64,000 nucleotides of DNA, taken from the NCBI GenBank assembly GCA_037379345.1, contig CM074513.1:53981195-54045194 (forward strand). Reading direction: 5' to 3'. This document shows positions 11,314 to 24,800 of this stretch, piece by piece; position 1 is the stretch's first letter; each line of letters begins with the position of its first letter. Made by a program: the position numbers and the translations under genes. This DNA is from Perna viridis (lineage: Eukaryota). The notes beneath the pieces are model-generated. The model had not been told where the DNA came from, did not search any database, and worked only from the letters and a program-made list of their open reading frames with translations.

Positions 11314-12307
11314 TTAAAGCGTTACCTGTCCTAAGAGAAAGACACCAGAAAATGCATCTACAAAACACTGTGTTTTATTATTGGCTTTAAAAGAGTTAAT
11401 CAGGTGTGTGTTCCCTGCTGAAACTGGCCAAACTTATAATCTATCATCCCTTTTCAAATTAGTTGTTGTTTAAGTTTGTGGAAATAAAGATATCTAAGCA
11501 GTAAAACCATAGAAGTCATTGGGGGCATGGTTCATTCTCAGAATCAAAGACAATTGAATATATATGTATATATATATATTTTATTCAATAATATAATAAT
11601 AATAATGGCTGATAGACTGTGATATGTATGATGCACAACCATGATGATAAAAACGAAATAAAATGTTACAGACAACAAAAGTGCATATATCTTGTTCTGA
11701 CACCAAAAAAAATAAAACAAGCACATAATACAATAACCATATAATCAATGGCTAGTTCTGAGTAGGAATCTTCATTGTACATATTTAAAGGTAAACAACA
11801 TCCTTCCTTAAATGAAGTGAAAAATTCAATACTGTTAATATTCATTACAGATGACTACATCAGATGCTGAACCCTGTAATTAATGGTAAACCAGAAGACA
11901 ATTTAAATTCTTCAATCAAAATCTTCAAATTACATGTTCATTCACACTACAAATGAAATCAGAATTAAATTTTCTGATTAAAATAATTAAAATCAATTTC
12001 TTGGATTAGCCAAATAATTTAGTATTCATTACAGACTGTGTAATTTCCAATTATTAATTACCAGGTTAATGTAAGAGATTCTATCATGAAACAACCCGTA
12101 ATACATTTCTTTCTGGTGAGGAAACAACAAACACAGATAAACTATTTGTTTAATTAGCTCTTGTTTAATATATCTTTCAATACATTAAATGGTTACAATA
12201 TTAACAAACCATACAAATTGTGTATAATTAAAAAGTTAAAACATAAAACTGATAACAATATAACAATGAGGCAATAAAACATAATTAATAAGGAGACAAA
12301 GCATCTC

Positions 12308-12686
12308 TAGAGCTCCAGACAAGGGGATAATTGAGTAATGGGCAAAAACCATAAGAGTGTTAAAAAAACCAACAGCAAAAAATTGAAACCCAATTTAGAA
12401 AAAGTTGAAGGATGAAAAATATTGTTTAAAGAAACAATTTCTGATAACAGACAAAGGAATAGTAACGTATTTGGTCAGAGCTCTAGTTAGTGGTTTTCTT
12501 AGAACTAATAATTTTATAGCATTTCAATGTGCTTCATAAGTCTTAACACGAAAAACTGCATACTGATCAATTACTCACCTCATATCAAATTGAATGATTG
12601 ACATTTTGCTTTATAAAATTACAAAATATGTTTTCCCCAATGAAGGGTAATTTCACTCATTAGACCAATTCTTATCTGGAGCTCTG
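12308..12686. mobile_element. MITE in the putative ankycorbin 3' UTR
   Basis: TIR AGAGCTCCAGACAAG / CTTATCTGGAGCTCT; no clear TSD. Confidence 0.5.
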
Positions 12687-13962
12687 TCCTCTTTTAGCAC
12701 ACAGATAGACAAAGCATCTCTGTAAGCACACAGAAGTACTGCGTAGACATTGCGGGGAATTTAATGCAGTTTGGGATAAATAAAGATATAACAAAGTATT
12801 GAGCTGTTTACACATATGCAAGTCAAAACCCTGTAATACAATCATGACTCTAAATATCCCGTAGATATAGAATAAGTTTTTATGTCCAACGTTAAATATA
12901 AGGCACTATAATTATACACTGCTACACAAATAAAATACTATAATTTGTACAATACGGTTTTATCATCATAAAATGGTGTTTTAGGGGTAGTTGTAGATTA
13001 TGCAAGCATTTCTTTCTATACTAAGCAAATTCAATATCTTTGCATAAATAAGTTCAAAGCTGATAGTACGAAAATTTTATACAGCCAAATTTTTGGTACA
13101 AGATTTGGTAATGCCTCTCCTTTACTGTGATACGAAAAACAAAACAGTATGAAAAGGAGAGTATTGCTTTATGAAACCCAGGTAGCCAAGAGAATATCTT
13201 ACAGTGGTGGATAGAGAAATCGCACATTCTGTAGCAAAGATATCTGAATCTAGTGGCTCTGTTGAAGGAATGGTTATAGGATATGTTTGCCTTAACTCTA
13301 CTTAGTGAGTTAGAGATACTCTTTCCAACCTGATTAATCAGTAAAATCTAATGTTCAATAGATAACAATACCTACTGTAAATGACAGAATTGTGATGCAA
13401 CAAGAGAACAATATCTAGGATATTCTTCTGTATATACTTATACCATATAACTATTTCACACCAAAGATGTCATTTTCTGTAGACAAGAAAGCCTATTCTA
13501 ACAAAGATTGTGGAAAAATATAAAACTGTAAAAACTACATGAAAAACTTTAACATTTGCAAGTAATTATGAATCACTTTCATGGGACAAAACAAGCACTA
13601 AACAAAACGGTGGACTATAGAGGTAAGACAGAACTTTATGGAATGATAGCTAAATTAAAGCATCAAATGAGAGTGTCAGGACAATGGGTAATAATAATCT
13701 TGATAAGACTGCAGAGATTAAACCCTTAACAGTTGGGGAAAGTATGGACATGTACTTCAAGCTAGCTACAACTTTGTATTTGGATAATGATTAAATGACA
13801 TGACCCCTTTTTAACCCCTTGTTCCTAAATAGTTGAAATCACAAACTCCAAAAGTCATCTTTTTGTAGTACTGCACCTACAATTTCAAAGAAATCAAAAC
13901 ACTTTTAATCTAGTTATTATCAAGACATCAACACTTATTTCTGACCCTATCTTGGCTCCTAA

Positions 13963-14598
13963 GCCAGCACTCCACAGTATTGTAGAACTGCCTAATTTTG
14001 GTCTTGTAATCTGATGCTTTGTAACAATTATTACTTTAAAAAAGTGTCAAGCATCTGTAAATCTATATATCTAGAAATAGCTCAAGCCAAGGCCTTCAGG
14101 ATGCAGTGAAAATATTCTGGAAAAAAATTACCTACAGCAAATAGGGTTACCATAGAAACCATGCAAAAATATGCAAAAATTTGCAAAAAAGTTCATAAAA
14201 TCAGGGAAAAAAATATCAAATTTCCCGCAAAATATCTTAAATTTTTATTTCATGCCAATTGTCCAAACTTTTTCCTTCGAAAACCCCTTCCTCATATGGG
14301 CATCGCCGGTTAGATTTTGAGCTATTTCACTTTGTAATCCACTTATTACATTTAGCATGGTAAAAAATTGACTTACTTTCACTTTCACAATGAAGTCAAA
14401 TTGTCATTGAAAAAAAGCCCCTTCAACATTGAAAATATATAAAACATTGCAAAATACTTTGAAAAGTCTCCTTTTTTCAGAAAATGTTTTATCAACAATA
14501 GATTCTTCATTTTTAATCACTATAGCAACCAGTGGTTTTCATTAATGTCATTTCTCATTCCTAGCCAAAAGTGCGAAACTAAACTGTGGAGTGCTGGC
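13963..14598. mobile_element. Harbinger-type MITE
   Basis: 16-bp TIR GCCAGCACTCCACAGT; TAA on both sides. Confidence 0.8.
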
Positions 14599-14669
14599 TA
14601 ACTATACACTTAAACTATTGTCTAGACACCAAATGTCTACAGACAATGCCAACAGCATGATATCATCAC

Positions 14670-14758
14670 ATGCAATGATATAAAGATCAGACTATAGCAT
14701 GCAATGATATAAAGATCAGGCTATAGCATGTAATGATATAAAGATCAGGCTATAGCAT
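14670..14758. repeat. 29-bp tandem repeat, 3 copies
   Basis: Unit tgcaatgatataaagatcag(a/g)ctatagca. Confidence 0.85.
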
Positions 14759-15792
14759 GATATTTCTTTAAACAATATACTCTATGAAAACCTTAAATTG
14801 AATGTTTCGGCAAAAATATCCTTGAAAAAAATACATAAAATACAACCTTGTTATTTCAAATGTCATTGCACAACATTGGCTAATCAGATTGCATAGAAGT
14901 ATAATATTGTAAAATATACTCTCATAATAAGCTACAAATTTATGTATAACTTTATATAAATCTAACTTAAATACTGGCACTTTCTATACAACTTTTCAGT
15001 ATATACTATTGTGTAGTCTAAATTGCTTCATTTTTTTCTATTTTCTTCTGTCATTTTGTTTTATCATTATTTCATTAAACTTTTACTTCAACATCTTCAG
15101 CAATTTCTCTAGTGATATCATTCTATAACTAAGTTCAGGAATTTAATAAAATATATATCTGTCCCTGATCCTTTTCCATAAAGCTGGACATGACCAGCTG
15201 TTCCTAACAACCTGAAACTTACATGTAGTTATATACAAAGTATCATATCTTAGCAGAATACAACACATACATATCTCTTGCAACTTATTTAACAGTTATA
15301 AATGTCCTGGTCATTGATAAAACTCATCATAGGCCTTACATCAGTCACCAATTGATTACATCTGTAATACTTGTCAATTAAACACATCAATAATTTTGAT
15401 AAATAATTTCCATTAGAAATTCCAGCATCAAAACTTATGAGCTAGTGATTATTTTGAAAACAAATCATTGAAATAAATAAATTTGGTGATTTAATGGCGT
15501 CTAATTGGACAAGAAGTATATTTTTCAGACATCTTGAATTTATCTTGTTTTAACTAATCACTCCTCATCAAAATCATTGAACCATCTCCCTACAGACTTT
15601 GATCAATAAAAGTTCACTCAACAGAGTGAATGAAGTGATTACCATTTGATAATCAATCAATAATTAGTTTGATCATTTAGTTAAATCAAGAAATTTGAAC
15701 AGATTTATATACATGTTTTATAGCACCTACTTAATCATGCCAGTAAATTCTTTTACAAAAATCTCCAGTGTCTTTATAAAGAGATTCCTATG

Positions 15793-15867
15793 TCAACAGA
15801 ATTCCTCCATACTTCTCAGTTCTATGATATTATATATTGCCTGCTGGACATCTTCATCCATATGACC
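15793..15867 (-). CDS. Terminal coding exon, GHMDEDVQQAIYNIIELRSMEEFC*
   Basis: GHMDEDVQ family motif; TGA at 15793-15795. Confidence 0.9.
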   Translation of the reverse strand, partial: GHMDEDVQQAIYNIIELRSMEEFC

Positions 15868-18800
15868 CTGATAACATATAGAAACAACACAATCAATGCC
15901 CTCTTTGTTAGACATTTCAATAAATAGCTATGTCATATCAGACTTTAACCCAAACATGTCACACTAGATGTATTTCCACTAGTTGTAACAGGTTGTCTTG
16001 AGATTGTAATATACCATTCAACACAGATATTAATGAAATGAAGTACAAAATGGATAGACACTTTTTTAATTATTTATGGGTTGTTTTACATTTTTGACCA
16101 GGTTATACAGAATTACCAACTTGGGGGCAGTTTACACTTCATGAAGCAGTCTATGAACAAGTGTTAAGTTGGTTGCGCAAGCATAATTCGGTCAAAAATT
16201 GAAAATAATTCTTATAATATAATTTCTAATGAATTTAAATCAAAATTAATTAAGATTTGTTCCTACATCAAAGTCTTTACTTCCGAATTATTTGAATTGC
16301 AGACTGATCGATGTTAATGACGTGACAGTAACAAGTCAGTATATGGAAAATAACCTATTTTGCCCAAATGAGAAATAAACAACAAAATTAAATTTTTTAA
16401 AGATATATGAAAATATGATAGACAGTGATAAGATGAAATAAAATATCATGATCAATTACATTCCACAAATGACTTATGACAGGGGTCACGCTGGGCTTCG
16501 CCAATGTCGCAATTTGCGATTTTTTATTTGATCTGGTGACAAAAATAACCAGCTGGCAATTTTCTTGGCGCCTAAGCTTTGTATAATAAAATTGACAGGA
16601 AGTTTATCAGCAAGGGATATTTTCTCTAATTATCAAATTATGTTGGCACCTGGTCAGAGTTAACTGACCATGACCAATTTACGACTGAAGGCAATTAACG
16701 GTAATTAGACCAGACGACCGTGACCGACAATATCATGGGAGGTGTCAATCAAATGAAAATATATTATTGAGCCAATCAAAACTCTCATCACCTAGTCAAA
16801 GGTAAACACAGTTATGGCCATGTGCATGTGGCTACATGCAAGCTTCACAGCCCTGTTTAACCATGTGATACATTCAGAAACAGACTTATCTAATAACAGA
16901 ATAAATTAAATCCAATTAACAATGATTATCCCATCAGGAAGTGTCTAAACACTTAGAAATTAAAGAATTGATGAAAGAAAATGGATGACATTTGTTTACA
17001 CTTTTGCCATGTGACTTTTTGGCGGGAAAATCGGTAAACAAATAGAATGGGGATTCCCATAATCTAATTAAGGAAATACTATTCAGATACCAGGATAATT
17101 AAACAGGATCTAATTTCTGAAAATTGGCGACATAAAATGGCAGCTGGCGATTTTTCTGGCGACAGAATTTTGGAAGCCAGAGCAGCCCCTGCTTATGATT
17201 GATAATAAACTCCTTCATGTCAAAAATTGCATAGTTGATGCACCATGGCTTCATAGTTAATGAAACATAGCTAGCCATTTAGGAAGAGTTGAACATTCCA
17301 ATCATTAAATACAATACAGAGATATAAACATACCTGTACTGCACTGATAAGATGTGTCCTGTAAGTGTTGACGATATCCATATGTCTTCTGTCTGTCTCC
17401 TGGAAAACAATGTCATAGTCTTTATGTTAACATTCTATACTACATTGTAATATCATATCAGTAACATGTAAATAAGTTTGCTTTAAACTATATATAACAG
17501 TATTCTACTCCTGGAATGGGATTAAGATAGTATTAACTTCATATTAAAAAACAGGCATATTGTAAATAAGAAGATTTTTTAACAAGATATCACATTGTAC
17601 CATAAAGGATGAAAACAATATGTACTCCAAATTTTGACATACCTGTAATCTTGAAAGTTATTTAATACTCTAACATTAAAATAATGACAGAAATACATTT
17701 AGTTCCTACATGAGATCTATATGCTTGAGAAACTGAAGCGAAAATTCAATACAAGAATGGAATAATACCTGGTCACATCAAGGAAACAACCTGCTGTCCT
17801 ATACACACATTACATACATATGCTTGGTAAGACTTCCACAAAATAAAGATATAGAAGAAGCAAAGCATAAATAAAAGTCACTTCTACAAACTGATTATGT
17901 GTGAATTGAAGTGTATCTACTGAGTTATCTATGTTTCTACGACAACAAGTGTATACCTTTCTACCAAAGTGCTTCAAATGATGTGCTGATTTCCACACAA
18001 TGTATACCTGATGTACAACTTGAACACTTTTTGATTTATCTCTTTGAACACATGGTTGGCAAGTTAACACAGAAATATAACACAATTCACACTTATACAG
18101 TTTGTAGAGGTTGACTAGAAACGTACTGCTAACTGCTGCTGGAGTCTTTGAACCTGGACTTGTAATGATTTGATCTGTTTCTCTTTATCTGTTGTAGCCT
18201 CTGTATCTTGTTTAACACGCAATGAAGCTTCTTTCTTCAACTTCTCTAGAGTTTTTCCTAATTCTCCTCTTGTCCTTTCCAGTTTCTCCTCCAACAAAGC
18301 ATTGTTTTTAGATAATTCTTTAATTGTCATATCAAGTTGATCTTTTTCATAAGTTAACATTTCATTTTCTTGTTTTAATTCTTCCGTTTCCTGTTCAGCT
18401 AGAGGATTTTGTTCCTTAACACTAGCTGTTTGCACTTCTAGAAACTCTGTCTCCAATTTTTCTTTGTCTGCCAGTAATTCTTGATAGTCTTGCTCCAGCT
18501 GATTATAGTCCTGTTGTATCCCTTCATGTTGCTGAGTCAGCTGATCAAACTCTTCCTGAGAGGTCTCAAAATCCTGTGTTATTTGTTCATTCTCTGACTG
18601 CAGCTGATTGCACTGTTCCTGCATACTTTGAACTTCCTCCAACACAATTTCATGATCATGCTTTAATTTTTCATTTTCAGTCTGTAGTTCTTGGCATTGT
18701 TCTTTAAGTTTATCCCTCTCCTCTATAATTTTAGCCATTTCACTAGCCTTGGCTGGGATATTAACAGCACCAAGCTTCCTCTCAAGGTCTTCCTTTTCAC

Positions 18801-21800
18801 TTTGTACAATCTTTAGCTGTTCCTGCATGTCTTCTACCTCCTGTACAAGTTTTTCTAAATCATTGTGCATAGCATTACCTTCCAACAACAGAAATTCATT
18901 TTCTTTTACTATTTCTTCCTTTTCCCGAGCAAGTTTTTCTATCTCACCAAACTGTTGATCTTTTTCAAGTAGGAGTTGATCATACATGTCTTGAAGATTG
19001 TCACCAGCTTGTACTAGTTTTTCATATGTTGATTGCAGATTGTCAAGATCTTGTCTCAATAGAAGGTTTTGTTCTAACAGTTTCTCATTGTTATCTTTTA
19101 GTTGAAGAACCTCAGATTTATCATTAGAACCATCAATTTCAGTCAGAGGTGATTTACTCACTAAAGACACTTGTTCACTTGAGACGTGGTCAACAACAGG
19201 CTGAAATAAATACAGCATATATTTGGTTTAAAAGGGTAAGGGAAGTAAATGTGAAATGATCAATTTAAAACAGTATTAAATTGAAACTTTCATCTATCAC
19301 TACATTTTCACTATGGGCAGATTAACTATGGTTTAAAAAGTTAAAAAGACTTGTGTTTTTATTTTTTTTTAATTAACTTATTTTTTTTTCCCAATCCTCA
19401 CACCCTCCCTCTCCCTACTGCCCTCTCGGCAACATTCAATACTTTCTCACCAATCAAAAATTATCTCAGTAAATTATTTCATGATACAAAATATTCTAAT
19501 GCAAGTTGACTTACTACATTTATAATAATGTATACAATAAATGGTCACAGCAAATCTGGAAAAAAATATCTTTAAAAGGGGGCCATGATTGTAATATTTT
19601 ATTTCCTCTATTAAGCTCTTTCGCAACAAAGAGCTCTGAACTATAAATATTTAAAACCTCCTTTTTTCATCCCATTATATCTGGGCACTTTTCCTCCAAT
19701 TTACATTTGAAAATAAAATTTTTGGCAATTACCAAAAGTAAATTCAATAAACTCCTGGGAAAAACTCTGCCTTTTTCAATTCCAAATCAACATAAAGGTT
19801 AAATGCATTTGTTAAAGGGTAAAGGAGTTTCAATCAGCAGATGAATACTTCTGCTTGTTTAACTCTTTGAACTTGGATCAAATGACATTTTGCTTGAATT
19901 GTTCACCTAGAAAATAAGAAATCTAGTGCCCATATAGTTTGATCAAGTGGAATTTAAAGTAAATAATTTCTAGCAGTCCTTCCTTACATCATTTCTGCAA
20001 AATTTGCTAAAACTTGATTAAGTATTTGCAGTGATACACAAGTATGTCAAAATGTGTTTCCCTTTCAGATTTCATTGGCTGCTGAGTCATCTAAGCCACA
20101 CAAATAGTTCATATTGTGTAGAGAGCAGTGGGGTCAACAGCCTTCACCTCAGCTACACAAATAGATAATATCGTGTAAAGGACAATGGGGTCAACAACCA
20201 TATATAGTTTCAAATTATCAGCACCTGTATTTTCAGAGGAGTTCATCTTTGAAATTTGCAAATTAGAGGCTTAGATAGCCCTGGCAGCAATCTTGTTCAA
20301 TCAAGGGGAATCAAAAGTAGATTGTTTGTATAGGCTCTACCAAAACTGCTAAGTTTGCTCAACCTTGGTTAAGAATATGCAGAGATATAAGCCAAAATGG
20401 GTTTTCATGCAGGGTTCCATAATCACCTTTGAGCAGCTACAGCCGTCTTAGCTCCTAACCACTTCTACATTATAAGTAGTTGATGATGCTTAAGGTGAAG
20501 TCACAAAACTCTGACAGCCCCTAAGCCACAATATCACTATCTGTTGAGTACTGTATATACTCGCATATAAGTCGGATTTTTGGGAGTAAATTCTGAGTTG
20601 CTTAGAGGGATTCCGACTTATAAGTGAGGTCTTGGCTGTGGGTTAAAAATTCTTGTCGGAAGCAAGTGGGAGAATCAAGGTATTGACACGAAAATGACAC
20701 CTACGTTAACAGTCAGATCGGCACCGTACTTGTGTATTGTAAAAGTCGACCTATATGTCATATTTGTTATTGTTGTGTATGGTTATAAAGTGATGAAATA
20801 AATGAATATTTGCAGTTTTATTTTTATTATGCCTTACAACTAAACTATCTTTAATAAAATTTGTATTTCCTGTATCAGCTTCTTGTGTTTGTTATTTCCA
20901 CTTGCATGTCACATGGTTGTTGAATTTATCTGAATACCAAAAAGATGGCATGAAACATGGCTAAGCGATGTACCGTAGTCTACAAGTAATATTAGCAATG
21001 CTAAGAAATAATTAAAATTTAATTTTAAATTGTAATAAAATTTCATAACAATATAACGATAACAGGTATGGTGTACATGTCAAAGAGAACCGTCTTCATA
21101 GACTTGATTGAAAAGAAAACAATGGAAGATGATTACCGGGTAAAAAGGTATTATAACATTAACGAGCAATCAATCCTTTAATCACATTAATGGGTAATTA
21201 ATTTATTAAAATCGTTTGATCTCAATAGGTGTCCATTTTTCCGTTAAAAAATTTTTCTTCACAGTTCTTAGTTTTTACTTATTCTAATCTGGTCATTAGT
21301 TGTATAAACAAATTATCGTAAAAATGGCTTTCATGCTTGCTTGGGTCATCGGTAAACATGGAAGAATGATGATAATTCAAATGGCTTCTTATATTAATTA
21401 TGTAAATAATTTCAAATATGTACAGAGGAATTTGATTTAAAACACAAAACATACACATGTTTATGTTGATCAGACACAACGTACACCCTGGATGTAAAAA
21501 CTTCTGCAGCACAAAAAAAAAAACAAAGCAAAACAAAACAAACACATGATCATTCTTCACATTTTCCACCAAAAATTGTGCCCTTCCTTACAATTTTACT
21601 GATTGTTGTACCAGTAAAAATTTGGTAAAAGTTCCATCCGACTTATAAGTGGGTCAAGGCTATATTCCAGAATTTTTGGTCCGAGAAGGGGGTTCCAACT
21701 TATACACGGATCAACTTATAAGCGAGTATATACGGTAACTTTATTATGATAGAGTGGTATCAGGATTTAACTACTCTTTTCTTTATCAAAATTTTTCATG

Positions 21801-24800
21801 ATGTTTCATGCATACTTTTTCTGTTAATTCCATCAGCTTTCATACTAACTCTGTAATATTCAACTTTTTTTACTAATTATTCTATATACCTCAGCTTCCT
21901 TTTGTTCAGCACCAGATGATTTAGTATGACTACCTAAGTAACTAGAGCTATATAAAATTTGAAATATTTTCTCAAGTTCTTGTCCTTTCTGACATATCTC
22001 CTCCTCCTCGGATTCAGAACTGGTTTTAATGATGAACTTGATATCACCAACAAAACTCTCAGCTGATGAGTATTGTCCTGATGTCAATTTTTTCTGTAAG
22101 AACAAATAACAATTTCACATTAAACTTTTAAAAGTGATGCATTTGAAATGTATGAAAAAAAACATATTAAGAAAACAAATTAAAAAAAAAAAAAAAGATA
22201 ATGTTGAGTTTTTATCACATTGAACTTTTAATGTAATGAAATTCTTCAATACAGATTATCTAAACACTGACATAAACATATCCAAATTTTCTTGATTGGA
22301 AATTGACCCATGTCTAGATTTTTGCTCTGTTACCAATTTTTATTTTTAAATTAGATATCCCTACTCACCTGTACAGCTGTAAGTGATTGAGAATCTGTTT
22401 CTGTACTACAGAAAGGTTCAGTTATATCCTGCAAGATAAAGACTTCTCTATCTAAGAATCAGGCGAAATGTGTAAAGAGAAAAGAAACACAGATATTTTG
22501 AAGCATTATCCAAATATTTTTTACTACATAACCCCAAGAAACAACAACAAAAGTGTTGGTAAAGTTTGCCTTTTTAAAAAATTGAATTGTCAAGTTTAGT
22601 TGAAATGCACTATGAAAAAATGGCAAGATAATTTTCATACACTTTTTCCCTAAATAAGCACTTAAAAAATATCCAAGTCACAGATGCTTCAGGATAAATT
22701 TAAATTGCTTTTCTAGATGTACTGAGTATATATAGGGCAAACATGACTAATTTGGGAAAAATAGTGTGCCACCAATTGCCTGACTTTTACACAGAATAGT
22801 ACTTTAATATCTACCAGATAAAACCATCACAAAGTTTTTGCATTACACTTTCTACTCTTTTTAAAGTTTTAACAATTCTTCAATCAGAAAGGTAATCAGT
22901 GATTTGTTTAAGAATTGGTCCTGTTCAAGTTATTCTATTAAAGTAGAAGAAAATGTGACAAAATTCCTCTTTAGACAAATTGACAGATGAAATGCATGAA
23001 AACCTTAACATGGGTATTGGAATTTATCCTTATCTTATATACAAGTAAAGGAAAGTAATTCAATATCAATAACCAATAGTCCAGACGGCTTAGCTTCTTG
23101 GTTATTGGTTGATATCATTTGTTTTATTCCCAACAGTACAAAGTTCATGTATTTCTAAATAAATAGTGGACAGCATCATTATTCAAGAAAAAAGAGGTTA
23201 AGAAGGGATACTGTCATATTTAAACCCAACAAGTTCTTGTTTACTATATGATGTTTGTTGAAAATGTTTCACTGTTCAGCACAACAAATAAAAACAAAGT
23301 TTGTAAGACAAATTTTGATATCTGTGACATTATTTACTATAAACAAATTTATTTTTAAATGCACTTTATTTTGGCTATTTTCACATGAAACAAAGTAAGT
23401 CTGAAAAATAGTACTCACATAATTGAATTTTAATATGATAAACTTAGTGATTAATGCCTTCAAATTTTACAGACATCTCTTTCATGAAAAATACATTTCT
23501 TCTTGCAGTAGGCATTACATTTATTTATCTCCAACTGAAATCGTACAAAAAATATAGACATCTACAGGAATATATAATAATTAAACAGATGGTTTGATTA
23601 TATACCTGATACTTGGGTGATAAAATTTCCTCCATTAATGAAGAGCAGGCATTATACTGGTCTGTACTGTTTCCCAATTTATACTGGTTCTAGAAATAAA
23701 TACAATTCATAAAAAGGTCTGGTGAGAGATTCATTGCATGTTCACATATGATCGGATGTAAAAAGAAGACTATCTTAATATAATAAATAATTTGATGAAT
23801 TCACAGACAGAATGACAAAACTGCAAAATTTACATTTTCATTGTTGGAACAAAAGACTGAAATTGTAAAAAGATTACATATTATATTAATAAAACTGATG
23901 CAAATGGCTACTTCAGGAGTTCAAAATTATTTTCAAGAGGGTAAGGTCCTTGACTTTTTAAACTTTTACATCAATAACAATGGTTCACTTGAGGAAAACC
24001 CAAACCACACTAAAGTGTCAACGAACCAAAGCAACACTTAATGTGTCAAAAACCGAAGCCATACTAAAGAGACGTTGAACAAAAACCATACTAAAGAGTC
24101 GTTGAACCAAAACCATACAAAAGTGTCAACAAACCAGAACCACACTAAAGCATCATCGTACCAGAACCACAGAACCACACTATAGTGTCAACGAATCAGA
24201 ACCATACAAAAGTGCCAAAAAAACAGAACCACACTAAAATGCCAACGAATCAGAACCATACTAAAGTGCCAACGAATCAGGACCATACTAAAGTGCCAAC
24301 GAACCAGAACCACACTAAAGTGTCAAAGAATCAGGACCATACTAAAGTGCCAACGAACCAGAACCACACTAAAGTGCCAACGAACCACAATCACACTAAA
24401 GTGTCATCGTACCAGAACCACACTAAAGTGCCAATGAACTAGAACCACACTAAAGTGTCAACGAATCAGGACCATACTAAAGTGCCAACATACCAGAACC
24501 ACTAAAAAGTGTCAATGAAACAAAACCCCACAAAAAAATCTATGACAAAGATTAATGGATCAAGGACTTAGATAAATGAAAATTTAAAACTGAGGACCCA
24601 CATTAACCTGAATCCCTGTGCTGAACATTCATTCAACTTTAAGTCAAACTCCTGACATTTTTTGTTGCCATTTCCTGACCTATGTACAGAATTTATATCA
24701 TAAAAAGAGCAGGAGTACAAAACATTAAAGGAAATTAATTATCAACTTTCAAACTACTTTGCATTTAAGTACAAAAACAATAAAGAAAATACAAAGTAAC

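Noticed and set aside
19845-19906. Extra exon after a ttctag acceptor
   Set aside because: Stops in all three frames; lies in repeat-like sequence
24185-24442. TNQNHTKVP repeat ORF
   Set aside because: 27-bp minisatellite, antisense within an intron
24608-24680. Extra ankycorbin exon with plausible AG/GT
   Set aside because: The only open frame is out of phase with the phase-0 neighbours; the phase-0 reading hits a stop
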